Shown here: piece by piece, positions 60,432 through 64,000 of the stretch
How positions within the stretch are numbered: the stretch's first letter is position 1
Layout: every line of letters begins with the position of its first letter
DNA from: Callorhinchus milii
Taxonomy: Eukaryota
Assembly: GCF_018977255.1 (NCBI RefSeq)
Contig: NW_024704744.1
Span: forward strand, 84,258,001 to 84,322,000
Reading direction: 5' to 3'
DNA length: 64,000 bases
The notes under the pieces: model-generated
What the model was told of the DNA's origin: nothing
Database searches by the model: none
Seen by the model: only the letters and a program-made list of their open reading frames with translations
Translations under genes and position numbers: made by a program

Positions 60432-63400
60432 TAGAAAGGAATAGAGGAACAAAGATTAATTAGGTCAAATGGTCTGTTTCTGACCTTTAGAGTTCTATGT
60501 AATTTTATCCATCACATCCCACAATTTTTACCCTAATATGAACATTGCATTGGATATATGTTCTATCTGTACGCTACCTTTCCCTCAGATCCCTCATCTC
60601 AGACCGTCTCTTGACCAAATCTCATTGGTCTCCCTTCTCCCGTCTCTTGCAAACTGAACCCACACTTGGTCACTGTCATCAATCACATCATTGCCCCTCA
60701 TCAAACTTTCACTCTTTGCTACTTCTCTGCTCATCCACCCACTATCTGTTCCATCACCCCATCCATACCTGATGCATGTATCTCACACTCCCCACCAGTT
60801 TCTCTCTGGTCCTGCTCACCTTTACATTACACCTGTTCCCAATGATAGTACTAAAGTAATTCTTGTATTTGATAAGACGTGATAAGGCGCTATATCAAAT
60901 GGAAGGATCATTATTGTTATTATTAGATATAGTCCTTTCCTGTTGGGTGGACATGTCAAAGTGCCTCACAGGATATTCTGTAAAGTGTAGTGACTGTGTA
61001 TTGTGTAAGGCTTAGCTTTCTCTCAATACTGTACTCCCTGCTATTTGTTCACAGAAACAGGCCACTCGGCCCAATCAATCCATGCTGGTCTTTATACTTC
61101 AAATGATTCTCCACCCTTCTATTCCTCCCTCCCTCATGTAAATGTCTAGCTTCCTCTTGAATAAAGATTTAAAATTTTTATTCCTTTTGAATAAAGATAC
61201 ACTGAACTTGTGAATCTAACGAGCAAAGCAAACGTGCAAAATGACACAATAATGTACTATACTTATTGTGCAGTACTATTTTATAGCTTACAATAATGTA
61301 AGTAAAAGAGTCAAATCGTGGTTAAAGATCAGCATTTGGATATTAACCAACTTGCACGTGGATTGATCAGAATCTAAAATCTGACAAAAANTATAATCGT
61401 ATGTGTGTGTGTCAGCGTTGGACCGATGCCTTCTTTCGTGACTTTCTCCAATAGACAAAGGAACTGAGGCATTCTCTCCCTTACCAAACCAACTGCACAT
61501 CATAGACACTCAATTTTTAAATGTATATGTTCAAATAGTCATAACATTAATAATCCTTAAATTCGATATGGCATCTTTCACGTTGGGAGGCCATCTCAAA
61601 GGATTTACTGTAAAGTGCAATGAATGTGCATTTTGTAGGCGAATGCAGCAGCCAATTTGCACACATGAAGAGAATAACTAATTTTACTGGGGGTGGGGGG
61701 GGGTTGCCCATGACATGAAAGGCAACTTGTTTCTCTTTGTAAAACGATGCACTAACTCGAATTGCTCCCTTCCAGCCTGCAGGTGTGACTTTACAGAAAC
61801 AGGACTGCTCCTCTCAGAAGGGGATTGAAGGCAGTTAATTGCCCCCATGTGCAAATATGGTTCCACGTTTTAGAATACATGATGTAATTCCAGATATCCT
61901 AATTTGGATCAGATTCAGAATTTGGCACTGAATGTATATGTGATTACTGATTATGCATTCTGGAACCCGTCAAACAATGTGTAATTCTTACCATAGAGAG
62001 TTCCTGTTTACTCAGCAAAGTACACTTCAGTAGCCATTTTAGCAATTCAAGCGTCAAGAATTGGCTGCTTTTCAGATTGGCACCTAATGCTTACGTCTGC
62101 TCTTGTAAGCCTCGCATCTGATGTAGCGTCTGCAACATTGAAACATCTCAAAGTGCTTTTTCTGGCAATTATGATCAAGTGCGAGGACTGTTTTTTTTGT
62201 AGGCAAACTTTCAACTTGAATATTTTAAACCTGGCAAATTTCAGTGTAAATGCAACATATAAAATAGTGAGCAGAGTGAACTCGGAAGAATCGAGAAGTA
62301 ACAGTAAATGTTCGTTGGGGCGAGTGTTATTTAGCAAAAGTAAATGTTAGCCTTCAGTAACCTCTCACAATGTCATTCATCAACACAGGCACAGAAATCC
62401 CCAAACTATGAAGAGATCCTTGTTAAAAGCTCCGTCTCCCTCTCCTTGTCGCCCGCAATCTGCCAATTACTACACCATTCCACAGATTCCTGCAGCAGCC
62501 TCTGCCATGTAGTAGCGTAAGCCGAAACATGCAACAAAGTCCCTTTCTTTACATATGGAAAATTGATCCATCTTGTACTAAGATGTGGAGTGATACTCCC
62601 ATTTATTCTGATTAAAGCAAAAATCTACCACTCACTACTCACCGCAGAGAGAGATTCAGGACAGATTTACATTCTAAGGTCAGAAACTCTTTTCCTTTAC
62701 TCCTCCATCTTGTCCTCTCTCTGTCATAAAGTCAAGGCTTAAAACCTAGTCTTCGACCAGATCGTCATGCTCACCTCACTCCTCCCTTCTCCCCTGATCG
62801 GTGTCCGACCCTGTCTTTGTAAAGTGCTCAGAGAAGTTATCTTATGTGAAAGATGCTACATAAATGCAAACTCCCTTTGTTTTTCAAATAGTATCATCAG
62901 ATCTTTAATGTCTACCAGCACAGGTAGATCTGAAGGACAGTACCATGCACATGGAGTGTCAAGCTGAATTATGTACAAGTCCCGACACATAGTTTGACCT
63001 TACAACCTTCTGACCCAGTGGCGAGAACGCTACCAACTGAGTCAATTTGAAACCTTGGCTAACATCAGGACAAACACCACTTTCCTACCATGGAGAGGAT
63101 TAGTGTCATGTGGTGAACTCTATAGATAAGGTAAGTTGTTGGAACATCGCATTTACTGAGGAGGCACCTGAAATTCATTAACTGCTAACATCTCATTCAA
63201 ATGCTTAAACAAAATTAGCTGAGATCAAAATCAGACAGAAAGTTGAACATCTCCTTCAAAAGCTTGGAATAAACTTGAGTGTGATCCCAGTGCCAAATTA
63301 TTTCTTTTAAAATTGCAATTGGAACCTGATGGGAACATTTCATGGGGAAACAAGTACACCATGTCTATGACCTGGAGCTTGGTCTCCTGATGTTCTTCGA

Positions 63401-63606
63401 TATTCAAATGAAACTTCATATCTGGCAAGCGATGATCTCTGCAAAGGATCATTCCCATCTGACTGCACTGAATATGCTGGGACACCGAGCTAAAGGTTCA
63501 ATGTCAAATAAACCAGCGCCTTGGGTCATCCTCCCGACGTGAAAGGCGGTACAAATGTAATCTTGTTGTTGTTGTAAACGTCATTGTGGGAAATACACCT
63601 GGCTCC

Positions 63607-63775
63607 AATAATAATAATCCTTGCATTTGATATAGCGCCTTATCATGCCTTCGAAATGTCTCAAAACGGTTCACAGAATATACTGGAAAGTGAATTGACT
63701 GTAAATTTTATGGACAAAACGTGACAGCCAATTGTGCACAGCAGTGTCCCACAAACAGTCATTGATTGAGTGACT
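63607..63775 (-). mobile_element. CmiSINE-like SINE, 3' half
   Basis: Tail and Deu-like core only. Confidence 0.8.
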
Positions 63776-64000
63776 CCATTGTTCTGCATCAAAGAAAATT
63801 TCGATCCCAATAGCTTGGCAGACAATAAAAATTGACTGCTTGCATTTCTGTGTCAACGCAATGCAGAATGAAGTCACGGTAATCGGGATGCAATTTCAAC
63901 AATCCATGGGAGGAGGGGGTTAAAGGGAGCATAGAGGTTTACTATTCTAGCCACGGTGACCTGCTAACCAGAAATCCAATGCTGTGATTAGTGACCCATT

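Noticed and set aside
63231-63485. Candidate for the missing first coding exon of PLEKHH2 (contains MKF)
   Set aside because: No DWKERC or RVQASKIRELL similarity; that exon probably lies outside the window.

Overview
Eukaryotic, vertebrate genomic DNA with GT-AG introns. The repeats (tRNA-derived Deu-type SINEs with L2 tails, L2 and CR1 LINEs) point to a cartilaginous fish, probably a holocephalan such as Callorhinchus; this species assignment is inference. Three protein-coding genes were assembled by hand with consistent splice phases. PROP1 is on + (3 exons, 446-7157, 240 aa). MCFD2 is on - (non-coding first exon in a CpG island near 14.5 kb, 3 coding exons, 155 aa). PLEKHH2 is on - (28 coding exons, 56194-20779; its first coding exon was not found and probably lies beyond the right edge). 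Nearly all other ORFs in the track are spurious or LINE-derived. I found no convincing new protein-coding system. The most unusual observations are mobile-element architecture: (i) a CR1 split by a 1.39-kb composite segment that ends in an L2 tail (possible L2-mediated transduction); (ii) a SINE nested antisense inside a SINE of its own family; (iii) covarying 3' stem-loops shared by L2 and SINE, with apparent stepwise tail replacement; (iv) a dispersed family of about 230-bp fold-back MITE-like elements; (v) a 99-bp Tc1/mariner-type MITE. Gene and repeat family names come from recalled sequences, not from database searches. Repeat boundaries are approximate unless stated otherwise.
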